64,000 nucleotides of DNA from Dipteris shenzhenensis (taxonomy: Eukaryota), in the NCBI GenBank assembly GCA_047967505.1, contig CM106538.1, one strand, 5' to 3'. Positions 12,966-27,261 of this stretch are shown piece after piece. Below the pieces are notes generated by a model. It did no database searches. It worked only from the letters and a program-made list of their open reading frames with translations, and had not been told where the DNA came from. The translations under genes were made by a program, and so were the position numbers. The stretch's first letter is position 1; every line of letters starts with the position of its first letter.

Positions 12966-14369
12966 TTTGCTGACATTGATGTGGCCACATACAGAGGACT
13001 AGGCATGGATGATATGTATCCTAGTCATCATCAAGCCATTGATCCATTTGCCTATGTGGTCTTGACAGAGCACTACAGGGAGGAGGCATAGAGAGCTTTG
13101 TTGTAGTAGGAGGGTGATGATACTTTAGTGGTTGCAGCGTGTATTCTGCGACGCTTCTCATATGGTGATTTCATGCCAGGTGATGAGGCACGAGCAGAGG
13201 AGGCATGTTGTATTGAGTGAGAGGCAGAGCTTCATATATCATTGCAGCAGTGGGTGGAGCAGTAGCTTGGGTAGGGCTGAAGACCATCGTCTTCTACATG
13301 TAGAGATGATTACTCGAGCTAGATTTGAGGCATGAGTATTTGTAGATGCACGACTTTGGGAGCTGAGGCGCGCATACATAGAGGAGGCGAGGGAGGTAGA
13401 GATGGCAGTGGTGGCTCGTGCAGCATGCCCTCCTCTTCATCAGGATGAGGCTGGCCCATCTGATCCAAGAGATGAGGCTGGCCCATCTGATTCGCCCGAG
13501 GGCACACAGCGGACGGTTGGGCAGCGGGTCATACAGGAGCCACGTCAGAGGACGACTAGAGGATCATATGTGGAGTTATCAAAGCATCGCAACAAGTAAT
13601 AATCCACAGCCTCCTCATTGCCCTCCGAAGCAATGACCGTGAAGATATCACCAATACGCAACATATTTGTAAGTTGGTCATAATCTCTAGAGAAATTGAA
13701 TCTCGCATCTTGATCATCATGTACCTCCTCCCAAGGCTGGAAGGGAGAAAGCACTCACCGTGCCCATGGATCAACCCATGGTATCATGGAGCATCCTCCC
13801 CAATCATCATCAATGCATGCGGAGCAAAAACATGCAAACCATTGAGAAAAGATTGTAGATCCGCTCATGACCCTACGGCACAACGCCCATATACAGTGAG
13901 ACTGCCACAGTAGCTACAAGGATGATCCACCAAAATGGGCACCGCCTCCGCAACCAAAAAATAGCATCACAATAACATCGTTGTCAGATTGCTCCACACT
14001 AACTCCACAATAGCACCGTGCAAATTGTCCCATCATCTTGCTTGGCAACTGCAACAATCTTCGCATACAAGATCGACCCTGCAATAACTTTTGCACAAGT
14101 TCGTATAATTAGCACTGTAGGTCCGCATGCCGTATTTCATCTGCAATCAACCCGCAAGATGGTTCCTGATGCCCATGCATGATTCTTCACCCGCACTCCA
14201 TAATTAGCATCTTTGCATTCTGCATTCTACCACAAGCCTCCTAATGTCTCTCGTCCCCGCCGATCTCCTAATGCTGCAGTTCTGGTCTTCTGCTCCATTT
14301 CGAATTGCTCTTTGATCTTCTGCTCCCTTACTGCTAAATCAGAGAGACTTGCACCGTCCATCATTCTTT

Positions 14370-14930
14370 TGGGTTGTGACTTCGATCGCACCTGTCTCTG
14401 CATCATGGACAGACTTACGAAGTAGAGAGATTTCATAGCCTTTTTTCTCAGCGTGCTCCAACAGCTTGGACTAAAACTCTTCATCCAACTCAGCAGTGCA
14501 GCTAAGGACCCAAAGGTACTTCCTCAAACTGACCAACAAGTGCCCGTTTGTAATCTTTGTCCACAAGCATTACCCAATAATCTTGCGTAACGGGGATCAC
14601 AGGTAGGAAAGGCGGTAAACCAAACTTGCAACTTTGCTTCGTTGCTCTTAGGATCAACCTTCCACTTATCACATGAAGCTTATAACCACTCCCATTAAAG
14701 CCTCCCTTCAGATCTGCTCTGTCTTTTGGCCAAATTGTATTGCCATAGCCATAACTACCCTTGGTCTCGAACCGCCAAAGTGTATGGTCGAACTTTGATG
14801 TGGGTTTGCCCATCAATAGTGGCGGGTTTGCCTTGAAAGACTTGAGAAGAAAGAGATGCCTTCCGAGAGCCTCTGCTCTTTTGATAACTCTAACTACATG
14901 GAAGATGATGCCTTCCACATTGGCCATGGT
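14370..14930 (-). pseudogene. TIL: Temperature-induced lipocalin (TIL)-like pseudogene fragment
   Basis: KFGLPPFLPVIPVTQDYWVMLVDKDYKRALVGQ, then after a frameshift RKYLWVLSCTAELDEEF*SKLLEHAEKKGYEISLLRKS, matching the plant TIL C-terminal half. Confidence 0.75.
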
Positions 14931-14974
14931 CTTCCTGAGGTAAGTCATGAAGGACACTGGGTAAAGCAGGGCGA

Positions 14975-15010
<36 letters not shown>

Positions 15011-15839
15011 ATAGCACATTAGAATCATGTGTAGCTTAGCTTCAATCATCCCAAGGCCCATGAGTAAGAACCTTGTGGTCAACAACGAGAGACTCTCAAA
15101 ACAGCAAGAACAAGAAGACACGAGACAAGAATGAAGAAGAATGGTCACTAAATTACACGTTGCTCTTGCATTGAATGCATACATATATAGAGAGGTCTAT
15201 GCCCCTTCATTGCCCACACATGTGCCTCTTGGTATCCCCATGTTCACACACCTCTTGGCATCCCAACTTAGGGCTAAACCCGTGTAGTATTAGGCCCTAA
15301 TAGCAGGAGACCAAGAGGCTCGAGGTTCCATCCATATTAATTGTAGGCCATCATGGTGGAATCTTGGGTGTCATCCTAGACGGGTTGGTAATCATGAAGT
15401 AGATGCCCAGTGGTGGTAACTGGTAGGTGAGCAGGAAACTGTGGTGCCTGATAATTAACTACCAGCCCGATGGAATCTTAGCCATGATAGACATGATGGG
15501 GCTGATGTGAGCCACCACCTCAGGGCAGTAATTATCACAAAAGTAAATCATGAAGCCTAATCACCTCTAATCACTCATTACCATGCACTCTACTACTCTA
15601 TTGAGCATGCAAGCCCATTGACTGATAATTTGTTGCACTCATATCATGTCTACATGGGAAAAGATATGCAACTTCCTCCATGGATGGGCCAATATTTAGA
15701 GCTTTAAATTTGATAAATTAGCCTAAAAATAAAGGTGGGATAATTTTTAGAGCCTCAAATTTGATAAATTCATGCTAAAAGTGGTAGCAAGCCTAATATT
15801 TTTAACTCTATATAGGGAGAGATTCTCCCATTGATCGAC

Positions 15840-17190
15840 ACTTCCATAATCTTGTTCCCTCCTTATTTTTTACCTTGCTCCATTCATATGTCACTGCTCT
15901 CTTAAGCAACTTTGTTAAAGGTGCCACTTGCTTGGTTGTATACCCTATAAATCGGTGATAGTATGCAATACATCCTAAGAAGGACCAGAGTGCAATGACG
16001 TGAGTCGGTGAATCTAGGTTTTGAACTTGGCAATTTCCATATCATAGTCATAATCAATCTTTGGTCCCTCTCTTAGAGAAGCCTTTCCATTAAGTCGCAA
16101 AGAACCTTTTGGCATACGTGCTAAAGAATGAGAGTCTGGTGGAGATTCAGATTGTTCGTGTAATCCCCTTAGACTAGTCATTTGTGAGTGATTGGGCAAC
16201 ATATGTCTATGGCTTTTACAACAACTACATGAGGGCATAGAGGTGGACACAGTGCGTATGTGAGGACCTAATCTCTCCCTATGCCCACTCTCATGAAAAT
16301 GGCCACCACTTGCACACTTCCTACTAGAGCAAGTAGGGGTCTAGTTGTTCTTCAAGGTCGTACCATCCTTTACTCGGGGGGGTCACTCATCATATGTAAC
16401 CCTATCACGTGAGTTCAACAGAAGGATTTTTTTTATTTCTAAAATTTACAGAAATAAATATACATAAGGGACTATTTAAAATAGTTTTGAAAAAAATTTA
16501 CAGATTTGTATAGAAAAGGGGTACATTTTATTAATGAAATTTTTTATAGATACGGGACTTTAAATATAGGCCTTGAACGCACGTGATATAGAGGGTTTAT
16601 ACATAGTGACCCCCCCGAGATCCTTTATTGGTTTGACATTACGTTGATCTACTAATCGAAGAACTATGTTTGTGGTCTCAATGCCCTTTAAACCAAACCC
16701 CTCCATGGTTTTCTCTATGATTAAATTCACCGCTACACGCCCATCTAATTGTACTTCTACTACACATAAGTTTCCTATGGTCACATCAAGAATAGGAGCA
16801 CCTGGGTCTAAGAAAAGATCCACTATTTTTACTTCTCTTGTACTTCTCCCTTGTGATTTTATTCTTCCCCCCCCCCACTATAACTTGTCGCACTCTTCTC
16901 CTGAGTAACTTTTTGTGAAGTCGTCGTCTACGGCTAGCTAAGGTGTCTAATAATTGTCTTAAGTGAATGCGTAAAGGGGTCCTTTCTAACTCAACCCTGT
17001 AAATCAAAAGTGTTAACCCCTTTAGTTTGTCTTGTTCCCTATTCTTTCTCTCTTTCCTTAAATACTAGCCTCTCTAGAAAAGGTGCTACCCCAATTTGGA
17101 TAGGTGGACTTTGTAACAGAATTGGCATCATGGGATGGTTTGACGAATGCCCTAGAGAATTTGACTTGGGTACTTCAATGTTATGTGCTC
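15840..17190 (-). pseudogene. Ty3/Gypsy-like gag-protease remnant
   Basis: VEVQLDGRVAVNLIIEKTMEGFGL...LRLVDQRNVKP retropepsin-like motif; interrupted by MITE 16373-16619. Confidence 0.6.
16373..16619 (-). mobile_element. MITE, CTCGGGGGG-TIR family
   Basis: TIR CTCGGGGGGGTCACT/AGTGACCCCCCCGAG; perfect 8-bp TSD atccttta (16365-16372, 16620-16627). Confidence 0.95.
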
Positions 17191-17196
17191 CATTCT

Positions 17197-20100
17197 CCAT
17201 CGGGGATCATCTGGGACTCCAAACGGGCCCCACAACCTGAGAGTGGGCTGCCTCAGGAAATGCTCCATCTACCCTCAATGCGGTCAGTCATGGGATGCCT
17301 TCCTGCACTTGCATGTAGCCTAGTTGGTAGTGTGCCAACTCCGTCCAGCCATCAGGCCACACCTGGCCCCCATCTGGTGTTCACTACCGGATAACCGAGC
17401 TACTCAAATGCCTTCTCCTCATATGGGGGGCTTACAAGTAGAGTTAGCTGGTTCCCACGTAGTTACACGAGAGTGGAGCATTGATATCTAACACCCCCCC
17501 TCAATGTCCACTTGCAAGTGAACTTACTTTTTTGGTCCAATGCCAAGTCGATGAAGGTGCCTCTCCAGCAAGTCTCTTCCAAGAGCCTTCGTGAAGATGT
17601 CCGCAGCATTCTCTATAGTCGGATAGTACACCAAGTCAACCTCTCCATCCATGATGAGCTTGCTACAAAGTGATATTGAATCTCAATGTGTTTTGTGCGA
17701 GCGTGGAACACAGGGTTCTTTGCAATCGCCATGCAACTCTGATTGTCACATGATAACTGCGTAGGCTTGTTCTGCAATGCACCCATGTTCCCTAAAATTC
17801 TCCTCAACCACACTGCCTCGCAAGAAGCAAAGCATGTTGATTTGTACTCAGCCTCGGTAGAAGAAAGAGCAACTGTGGGTTGCTTCTTGCTGACCCATGA
17901 CACAGCTCCAGATCCAAGTGAGAAACAGTAACCTGTCACTGATCTACTGCTATCCACGTCTCCTGCCCAATCCAAGTCATAGAATCCGGTAAAGATGTTG
18001 CCCTTGGTATAGGTGATGCCATAATCAAGTGTGCCTTTGATGTATTTCAGCACTCACATCCCTGCCCTCCAATGGTTCTCTCGGGGCTTATTGGAAAACC
18101 TGCTTTTAGTACACCGGTCGCAAAGCTGATGTCCGGCCATGTGTTGCACAAGTAAATCAAGCTACCCACAAGTCTTCTGTACTTCGCTTCGTCCATCAGT
18201 GGTGATGAATCCTCATTTGAGAGCTTCACATCAACCTCCATGGGGGTATCAACTGTCTTGCACTCAGCCATGCCAAATGCCTTTAGTATCTCTCGAGCAT
18301 ACTTCAGCTGTGAAATGATCTATTTCGGCTCTTACCAAACTTCAATCCCCAAACAGAAATGCATCATTCTGAGGTCTGTCATTTCAAACTCTCTTCCTAG
18401 CAAATGCTTTGTCTGCGAGATCTCTTCATGGTTCCCTGTTATGACAAGGTCGTCCACATAAAGGACCACGATCATACACCTGCCTCCTTCTCTAAAGATA
18501 TACAAATTTGCATCAGATGGGCTCCTCTTGAACCCGTTTTGCATAAAGTAGGCATCAATCCGCTAGTACCACACTCGTGGGGCCTATTTCAGCTCGTAAA
18601 GTGCCTTCTTCAGTTTACAGACTTTACCTTTTGAACCGGGGATCACAAAACCTTGTGGTTGTTCCACGTATACCTCCTCCTTGAGATCTCCTTTCAAAAA
18701 AGCGGATTTTACATCCATCTGAAACACGTGACAACTTCCCTGGGCACCTAAAGCCAAAACACTGCGAATTATTGTGGTTAGTCGAGTTGTGGGAGCAAAA
18801 GTATCTTGATAATCAAAACCATGTACTTGTACGAATCCTTTTGCCACAAGCCGAGCCTTTTATACTTATCCAACGTGCCGTCGGACTTGTACTTGGTCTT
18901 GTACCCCCACTTGGTGTCGATTACCTTGCGTTTTGGTGGACGATCCACAAGGTCCGAAGTGTTATTCTTCATTATGGAGCCATACTCCGGCTGCATAGCC
19001 TCCATCCACCTATCATCACCCTGTGCCTCTTCAAGACACTTGGGTTCATCAGCACGGATCACCTCAGTCATCAAAGCATAGTTGAACAAGTGTTCGTGTG
19101 CCCTTCTTTGCTCCTCTAATCTCTTGGACCGGTGGTGTTCGGATGGTGCTTTCTCAATGGCTGGAGGTTCTCTACTGTCCAAAAGCTACTTTACCCACTT
19201 CGGGAATGGCTGTTGTCGTTATGGTTCTGTAGGCTCTTCTTCATCTTCTTTATCTTGAGTCCTCCCAAGCACTATTGGGGGAGTTCAGTCTGCTGTTGGT
19301 GGTGGTATTGGATGGATATCGTGGTCTTGGTTGTCTGGGAAGGAAGCATCCTCCTCCAATTGATGCAGCTGTTTTGAGAAGACCACATCGTGACTTACTA
19401 TTACCTTCTTGGTAATAGGGTTATAGAGATGGTAACCCTTGGGCTCTTCACTGTAGCCCAAGAAAGTACACTTTCGGCTCTTTGGTTCCCATTTGGTCCT
19501 GTTAGCATCAGGGACATGCACAAAACAGTCACATCCAAAAACTCTAAAATGTGCAGCTGAAGGTTTCTTACCAGAAAAGGCCTGCAATGGAGTCATCCCA
19601 TTCACAGCCGTTCACTGTTCACAACCTTCGTGTAGCTACGATTCAGAATGTAAACTGCATTGTTACATGCTTCAGCCCAAAAGATCTTTGGCAAATATTT
19701 CCCTTTCATCATACTCTGGCCCATTTCACAGATGATGCACATCTTGCACTCTACTACTCCATTTCGTTGTGATGTATGTGGCGGGGGTTTCTACCTCTTG
19801 ACTGCATGACTTTTGTAGTAACTCTCGAATTCAGTTGATGTGAACTCTCCACCTCTGTCTGATCCCAACTTCTTCACCTTCTTCCCCGTTTCTTTCTTGA
19901 CCATTACATGCCATTCCATGAACTTACTAAAAGCCTCGTCTTTAGTCTTCAGTATATCCATATCCTTCTATTGTAGTCGTCGATCAACATCATGAAGTAG
20001 TAGGAACCACCCAAAGCTTCCATCTCCATCTTTCCATAGAGGTCCATGTGAACAAGCTCTAGAGGAGCCTTTGCCTTGCTAGCCTCTTTAGGAAAGGGTT

Positions 20101-22258
20101 GCTGATGCTACTTGCCCATCATGCAAGCTTCACATACATCGAGCAGATCTGTAATTTCTGGTAGGTCTACAATCATTCCACTTTTATGCATCTCCTTCAA
20201 AGAACTAAGGTTTAGATGACCAAACCTCTCATGCCATAGCTTAGTGTTCTTCACATCGGCTCGAGCACTGAAAGCTGAGAGTTCGTAGATGTTGTTGCAC
20301 CGTGTACCTTTACCAACTACCTTCCCTTGAAATCCAGAATCTGTGCACCATTCCTATCGAATTCAACTTTGAGGTCCCCATCCTTGATTGCAAAAATGGA
20401 CAACAAGTTCCTCTTGATATTTGGCACATAAAGAACATCGGACAACTGTTTTACAACTCCATCTGACTTGAGAGCAATCGTACCTTTTCCTTTTGCTGGA
20501 CATTTTGCATCATTGCTGATTGAGCACTACCAAGATGTCATTCCCTACCGGCTGTAGAGAGATATACCAATCCTTTCGACTGGTCATGTGGCGCGATGCA
20601 CCACTATCAATAATCCAAGGTTGATTCGTAGGTACATGAACTGCCTCAGTGCAAATCTCCTCAATTTCTACGAATAGCTCTATTGGTACTGCTTGCGCGC
20701 TATTGCTGGACTCTTTCTTTACTCTGTTCTTCTCATCTACAATCTTCTTTCGGCACTCATTCTGCTTGTGCCCTGCCTTGTTGCAATAGAAGCATTTGAT
20801 CTTCTTCTTTCTCTTTTTATCATCACAAGAAGATGGGTTACCAGAGTCCTTACCCTTACCTTTCTTTGATCCGGTCCAGAATGCCGAATCTTCTCCAGTC
20901 CTCATCTTTTGATACATCTCCTCCTCCAGAAGCATCGTGCTGAAATCCTCAAAGTTGAGGGGCGGATTTTTGTTATGCGTATTCAGCACCGTAACAAGAC
21001 CGTCGTACTTTGGTGGGAGAATCCGTATGCACCTTCGTGCTAGATTCTCGCTGGTGATGATGGTGCCAATCGCAGTCATCTGATCGTGCAGATTCTTCAC
21101 CCTGGTGATGAACTTCTCTGTGAGTTGAGTCTCTAGATTCTGAATCCGCGTCTAATTCGTGGTCTCGTATTGATTTTTCAAGACCGTCCATGTCTCCTCC
21201 GCTCTGGTGACATGTTGAATTAACGCCATGATGGAATCACTCACACTGCAGACAATAGAACATAGTGCATCTGCATTTCTTGTCCACGCGAGAATCTCAT
21301 CCACAATTGGAACTATTTGTTGTCCTGCATTGGCTGGATCTGCCGGTCTCGGCCTCAGGTCCACCCCAGTAGGAGTATCCCAAAGCTCGTATGCACTTAG
21401 GATGGTCTTCATCTTGAACTTCTAGAGTGGATAGTTAGAGCCGTCCAACTTTTCGCTTTTGCTAAACGGTGGGATTCGCAGTCTTGCAGGCTGGGCCATC
21501 TCTCACAATTTGCTCGCAAACAGAAACACACTACCAAATCTTCTTGCTAGAGTCCAAGCTCTGATACCATGTAAGAAAACAATACAACGTCTGTGCTCAA
21601 TAGATAACAGAATCTCTACGCAAGAGAGAAAACCAGATAGTATGGAGAATCAAAAATTGGATTACTATAGATCTGATATAATAGATAGCACTGCCTCCCA
21701 ACCGTGTGCTCCTGTGAAAGAAGCTTCGATGGCAAGCTGGAAACAGTAGAGGATGGAGGCTGGATGCTAAGGAATCAGGGTTACTGTAGCCAGTGATGAG
21801 ATGGGCTTCACGGGCTCGCTCTTATATAGCCACTAGTCGTAGTCGGTGGGACCCAATTGGGTGACCGACCCAATCCGCCCAAAATGCTCAACTAGGGGTC
21901 GGTCCTAAAATAGGCCACCAACCACATGATAGATCCGTGGCATAAAATAGAGCCATCCATGATCATCTGGGACTCCAAACAGGCCCCGCAACCCGAGAGT
22001 GGGTTGCCTCGGGAAATGCTCCATCTACCCTCAATGCGATCAGTCATGGGATGCCTTCATGCACTTGCATGTAGCCTAGTTGGCAATGTGCCAACTCCGT
22101 CCAGCCATCAAGCCACACCTGGCCCCCATCTGGTGTTCAAACCAGGACAAACTGGATAACCGAGCTACTCAAATGCCTTCTCCTCATATGGGGGGCTTAC
22201 AAGTAGAGTTAGCTGGTTCCTGCATAGTTACACAAGATTGGAGCATTGATATCTAACA
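17197..22258 (-). mobile_element. Ty1/Copia LTR retrotransposon, degenerate; 5' LTR 21570-22258, 3' LTR truncated (17197-17493)
   Basis: TG...CA LTR; PBS TGGTATCAGAGC (21558-21569, tRNA-iMet); PPT at 17494; gag CFYCNKAGHKQNEC, protease WIIDSGASRHMT, integrase region FGCDCFVHVP, RT QMDVKSAFL and LYVDDL, RNase H SSTEAEY. Confidence 0.95.
17520..21499 (-). pseudogene. Copia gag-pol polyprotein, broken by stops and frameshifts
   Basis: ORF pieces 21152-21412, 20510-21100, 19285-19605, 18778-19182, 18584-18847, 18332-18544, 18047-18271, 17613-18053 in gag-PR-IN-RT-RH order. Confidence 0.9.
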
Positions 22259-22512
22259 TCATGTGCATAGGCTTCTCCCACAAAATTAGGCGTTCAACCT
22301 CTTCTTAGCACGATTCCATTCAGCAAAACCGCTTTTTCTTTTCATAATCTATCAGTTGGGCTGGCTTAGCAATCTCCCATGAAGCCCACTAATGCACTCA
22401 ACCCAATGTCATGATGAAATGAGCAAAATTGGAATTCCTCTTCTCTCTCGCGTCGTCGGTCTGTGTATTTCCTCTGTTCTTTGTATTTCTCCATCCATAA
22501 CCACCTTAGTCT

Positions 22513-22749
22513 CATTTGGGATTTTGTTTCATTTGCATCATGGCATCCTCTTCCATGTTTGAAAAGGACTTTCTCCACATTTAAAAGTTTGATGGGACAA
22601 ACTTTTCTTTGTGGAAAGAACAGATAAGGGATGTGCTTATTCAAAAAAAGCAGATTAAACCCTTGGCAAAAATTGGAGCTAAGCTTGTAGATATGTTTGA
22701 GGATGATTGGAATGGCTTGGATGAATTAGCAAAGTCTGTTGTTAGACTT
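22513..22749 (+). pseudogene. 5' part of a second Copia gag, continuing at 54613
   Basis: KFDGTNFSLWKEQIRDVLIQKKQ...DELAKSVVRL joins HLAE...TTSNKVYLMK after 54620; ttagactt duplicated at 22742-22749 and 54613-54620. Confidence 0.75.
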
Positions 22750-23894
22750 TGGAGACCACTAAAGGTATCCACAAAGACGAGTATCTAACTAGCCAAGTGT
22801 GAGGCTATCGCACTAGAAAAGGGATAAATGATGTGATATTAACCTAAGAATGTAGACCAAAATACACATTAAGATCCCCTCAGGTCTGCCTTACAAGACT
22901 TAACTTCTCACACACAAAAACTCCACATAAATTAACTTTTCTTCAATAACTTCACTCATAGTCTCTTGAAACTGAATTTCAGTATTCAAACATCAACAAA
23001 ATCAGAAAAACTAAATTATTTCTTTTAATACCCTTTCATTTCAACACCTTCATCATGAAATATTCCACCAAATATATGTTGTTAATGATCCATATCCACT
23101 ATGCATTTACTCATCAACATCATTTCAAACTCATCTAAAACCTTCTATGATTCAATATTCAAGAACCCCTCAAAAAATAAACATAACTTTCTCTTCATTT
23201 CATTCCCAAATAATGCACCAATCCCAAGATATTCAGCATCTCACAATCTCTTCAAACCATCATTTTACTAAGCATCACCCCTGCCTGCATTTCAAATATC
23301 GAACGATATAGAGATGACTTGCAGGGTGAGCAGATACCGGTAAAGGTCTTGAGACACTTTCCCATCATTGCAAGAATAAAGCACATGTTCCGATGCAAAT
23401 CCATAGCAGGGTTGATGACATGGCATGCATCTCATTGATCCACTGATGACACATTGAGGATTCCCGTAGATTGTGTAGCTTGGAAGCACATAGACAATTA
23501 GTGGCCGGACTTTGCGAGGGAGCCATGCAACTCACTACTACACACGGATCCTATTGCGACATTTACGTATCGACGTTTAGCACCCGCTTAGCGTTAATCG
23601 TCGGTATGAAAAGCGGGTTCCGTAAAGCATCGCTATATAGTGACCCTTGCCAAAAGTCGCTATAAAGCGACCTTTATAAAAGTCGCTATATAGCGACACT
23701 GATATACTATTTTATAGTGACGTTTTCCATAGAGGTTTTTTTTTCCATATAGGCCTTAAAAGTTAGTTTTTTCCAATGAGAAATTTTTTTAAATTTTCAT
23801 ACATGTTTGATCTCATAGAGAATAAAAAAATGAGAGCATGTACATCAAGCCTTTGAAGCTCATATATTCATGTCCAAGTTTGAGATGAGAAAAA

Positions 23895-26420
23895 TCAATT
23901 AAGAGCATTTACATCAACTGTTTCATCTTGAGCCAATTCTAAGGTGCCAAACAAGTCTATCTCCAACTCTATACAGAGTTGATCTCCTATATCATCATCG
24001 TACTCTAGCATCGTACGTTCACCTAAAAGTATTCGATCATCTTCTTCAATAAAGTGTGGTGATTCTTGATGATTGTTGTCTTCTTCCTCAATATTGTGAT
24101 CTCCATCTTTCTCCCATGCGATGTCATTATGCACATCTTCCTCTTGGCTCATATGGTGATCTACATCTTCTTCGCTAGATTCATCAATTGGTAGTGGCAT
24201 CTCCATATCCATATCTCTATCTTCAAAAATTTGCTTACTTCGTGGTGCAACTTGGATCACGTACCACCATCTTGGATCAGAATGATTTGGATGAAAAACC
24301 ACCTATATTGAAGATGGGTGCCAAATGTCGTCAATTATATATATGAAATTATGCTCAAGTACATGTATCAATGGATCTTTAAAAATGAAAGCTTCGATTA
24401 ATTAAATCATTAGTATGCACCTACTCACAGTGCTCGGGAAGAACAAAAGTATCACTTTCATTGGTCCAATGTTTGGTGGAGTCTATTGCAAAGAAACTGC
24501 TACTATCTTTTCTCATTGTCACATGGGGACCGTTGTAAATAGTTCTAAACCATTTTACATCAAGAATGAAAATACTAAATTTTCTAAAATCAACTTCATA
24601 GATGTCGCGTATGGTTCCACAATAATCCAACCGTGAGAAGAGAAGATTGGTATCCGAAGCACTTACTCGGCTATCTTGTGTGAAGTTAGCCATGACTCCA
24701 CAATCATACGTTACTCTCTTTGAATCGATGTGTTCCATGCAAAAATGTCATCCATATGACCATAATGCACTGTACTTTTGGTACTATAAAAGAGCATCAT
24801 TAAAACAATGAAGATGCATCTATTTCATAGCATATATTGCCACAAATAATTACTTAATTATGTCAAGAGATAAGAAACTTACATGCACCATACATCCAGA
24901 TGATAACTCTCGCTCACACTCGTTTATTGTCTCTCCATCATGTTCGGCTTTACGTAGAGCCAGTTGTAGCCAATCGAGTGACATGTGAGTAGGGAGAAGA
25001 GCCAGATCCCGTGGATATGGTTGTGATCACCTGTACATTACTCTGAATCTCGTCCTTGCATTTATTCTTTCTGCTTTGGCCACTTCATATCTCTCAATCC
25101 ACTTCTGCATCTCAGGGCTATTGAGGATACAAAACTTATTGAATTTCTCCATTTTCTCTTCGCTCAACTTTCTTTCAATCCCTTTTCCTTGGGGAACCTC
25201 GCCAACGATGCGATCATCATCCTTGTTATGCCAAGCTTACGGCATATCGGGATCCGTGGATGCAAGATGTCGAGCGTAACCCGAAAGGATTCACGTCGTC
25301 CATGGCTAGCCCAAGATGTAAGTTGCATGGCTCCCTCGCAAATTCCGGCCACTGATTATCTATGTGCTTCCAAGCTGCACAATCTGCGGGAATCCTCAAT
25401 GTGTCATCAGTGGACCGATGAGATGCATGCCATGTCATCAACTCCGCTATGGATTTGCATTGAAACATGTGTTGTATTCTTGCAATGATGGGAAAGTGTC
25501 TCAAGACCTTTACCAGTATCCGCTCACCCTATCCGCTCACCCTGCAAGTCATCTCTATATCGTTGTTCCCCACACTTTGGACAACTAGCCAAATCTCCAT
25601 GCTCATGATGAAAGAGAATACAATCATTACTGTAATCATGGATGGTATCATAATCCATACCCATAGTTGTTAGCATTTTTTTTGCTTCATCTCTTGATGC
25701 GGGCATGGTATTTGGTGCAGGCAACATCTTCTGGAGCAACCTATGACAATTCAAAACATACATAGGCTTCAAACAATGATGATTCAGTATACACTATCCA
25801 AATGATGATTCTCAAAACGACCAATATCCAAATAGTGAGTCAAATTAATGCAAGAGCTAACCTCATTAAGGCCGAGACACTTGTATCCGACCACCCACAC
25901 ATTCAAGATTGAGAGACAAGCACGTAGTTTAGGCACCCTCGTACAATTGTGTTGATTGCAACTCTTGCATTTTGACCTCAGACTCTGACATCACATGTAC
26001 ATGGGATGTAGTGCCCCTAAAAATGGAATCCATCATGTCGACCATACCCTCGTCATCATCCGAGAGACTATAGTCTTGCTGAAAGTGAGAAGGTATATGC
26101 ATACCCTCATCACCCTCCTCATCCTGTTTTAAGATTTCGTGTAAATATAAGATCTTGTATTTCCTGCTATACAATAAGACTGTGAACTTAAATAGCTTTG
26201 ACTTACCGATGGTCCATCAACATGTGCAACACCAATGGTGGGTACTGGTTTGAGCTCCTCCCCATACATCCGCAAGTGGCGCATGATAATACGACATTGA
26301 TGTCATACTTCTCGCTTGCAATGAGTGCAATGATAGTATAACCTCTCCGTAAGCCACTTCGTGCTCTCCTCCATTGGTGCATCATCGGACGAGCTTCCAC
26401 TCATCCTTCCATCTACACTT
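23895..26420 (-). pseudogene. CACTA Tnp2 transposase gene with C-terminal DUF4216-like region, internally deleted
   Basis: YDTIHDYSNDCILF...CPKCGEQRY, MRHFPII, AWKHID, LAMDDVNPFG, YCGTIRDIYEVDF, WWYVIQVAPR; ~1.5 kb missing at ~25265 relative to the host copy. Confidence 0.85.
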
Positions 26421-27261
26421 ATAAAATCACAACAAAAGCATGAAGAAGAGATATTAACAGTAATAAAATAGCATCTATGAGCTTCTCTTCATGCTATAAC
26501 AAAAAGTGACTCAAAGCGTCGCTATATAGTGACTTTTTCCTCTGTTCCGTCGCTATATAGCGACGTTTTTAATTAAAAACGTCACTATATAGCGATGGAA
26601 AAGCGTCACTATATAGCGATGTTGTGGGTTAAAAACCGAGACTCTCGTTGCGCGGCGGTTTCTTTATCCCCTTCTCTAATCTCTCAAGTAAGCAAGGCAA
26701 TCTCTCCTCCCACCTATTTTCAACGACCTCCCACCTATTTCCGACAACCTCACACTCTATTCTCCACTCCTCACCCTTCTCCTAGCTCTTGTACTCCCTC
26801 TCTACCCTTTTCCCTCTTTGGTTTCTTGAAAGGAAGTTCTTCAAGAGGTGAGTTTGTTTCAACAATGTAGGTTATTTGTTTGTTAGCTTTAGTTTTGTGA
26901 GTGCTTCTCCTTGTATTGCTAAACCTGTAAACTAGTTTTCATGCTTGTTTTCAAAGGATTGAAACAAAAAACGAGATTTCAAGAAAGAAAGAACACTCAC
27001 CTCTTTTCTATATTTCTCTTCCTTCTCTTTCTCCTTGTCTCCTCAATCTCCACCTTTCAAGGAGTTACTTTTGTAATCTCCTCCTTCCTCTAACATCTTA
27101 TTTGAAAAATGGTATGTTTCCTCTCTTTTGTAGGCCAGTCCACAACACCGAGCGGGACGTACTATTTCAGGTAAGTGCTTCCTCTTTTTTCCATTTATTA
27201 TTTTTGTTATTTGCATTGGCCTGCAGCTAGCGCGTTAAGCGCTAGCTGTAGTGATGGGCAT

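Noticed and set aside
27224-27248. Helitron 3' end or Replitron terminus
   Set aside because: The hairpin is real, but there is no CTRR end at the expected spacing and no HUH or helicase gene; kept only as a boundary clue
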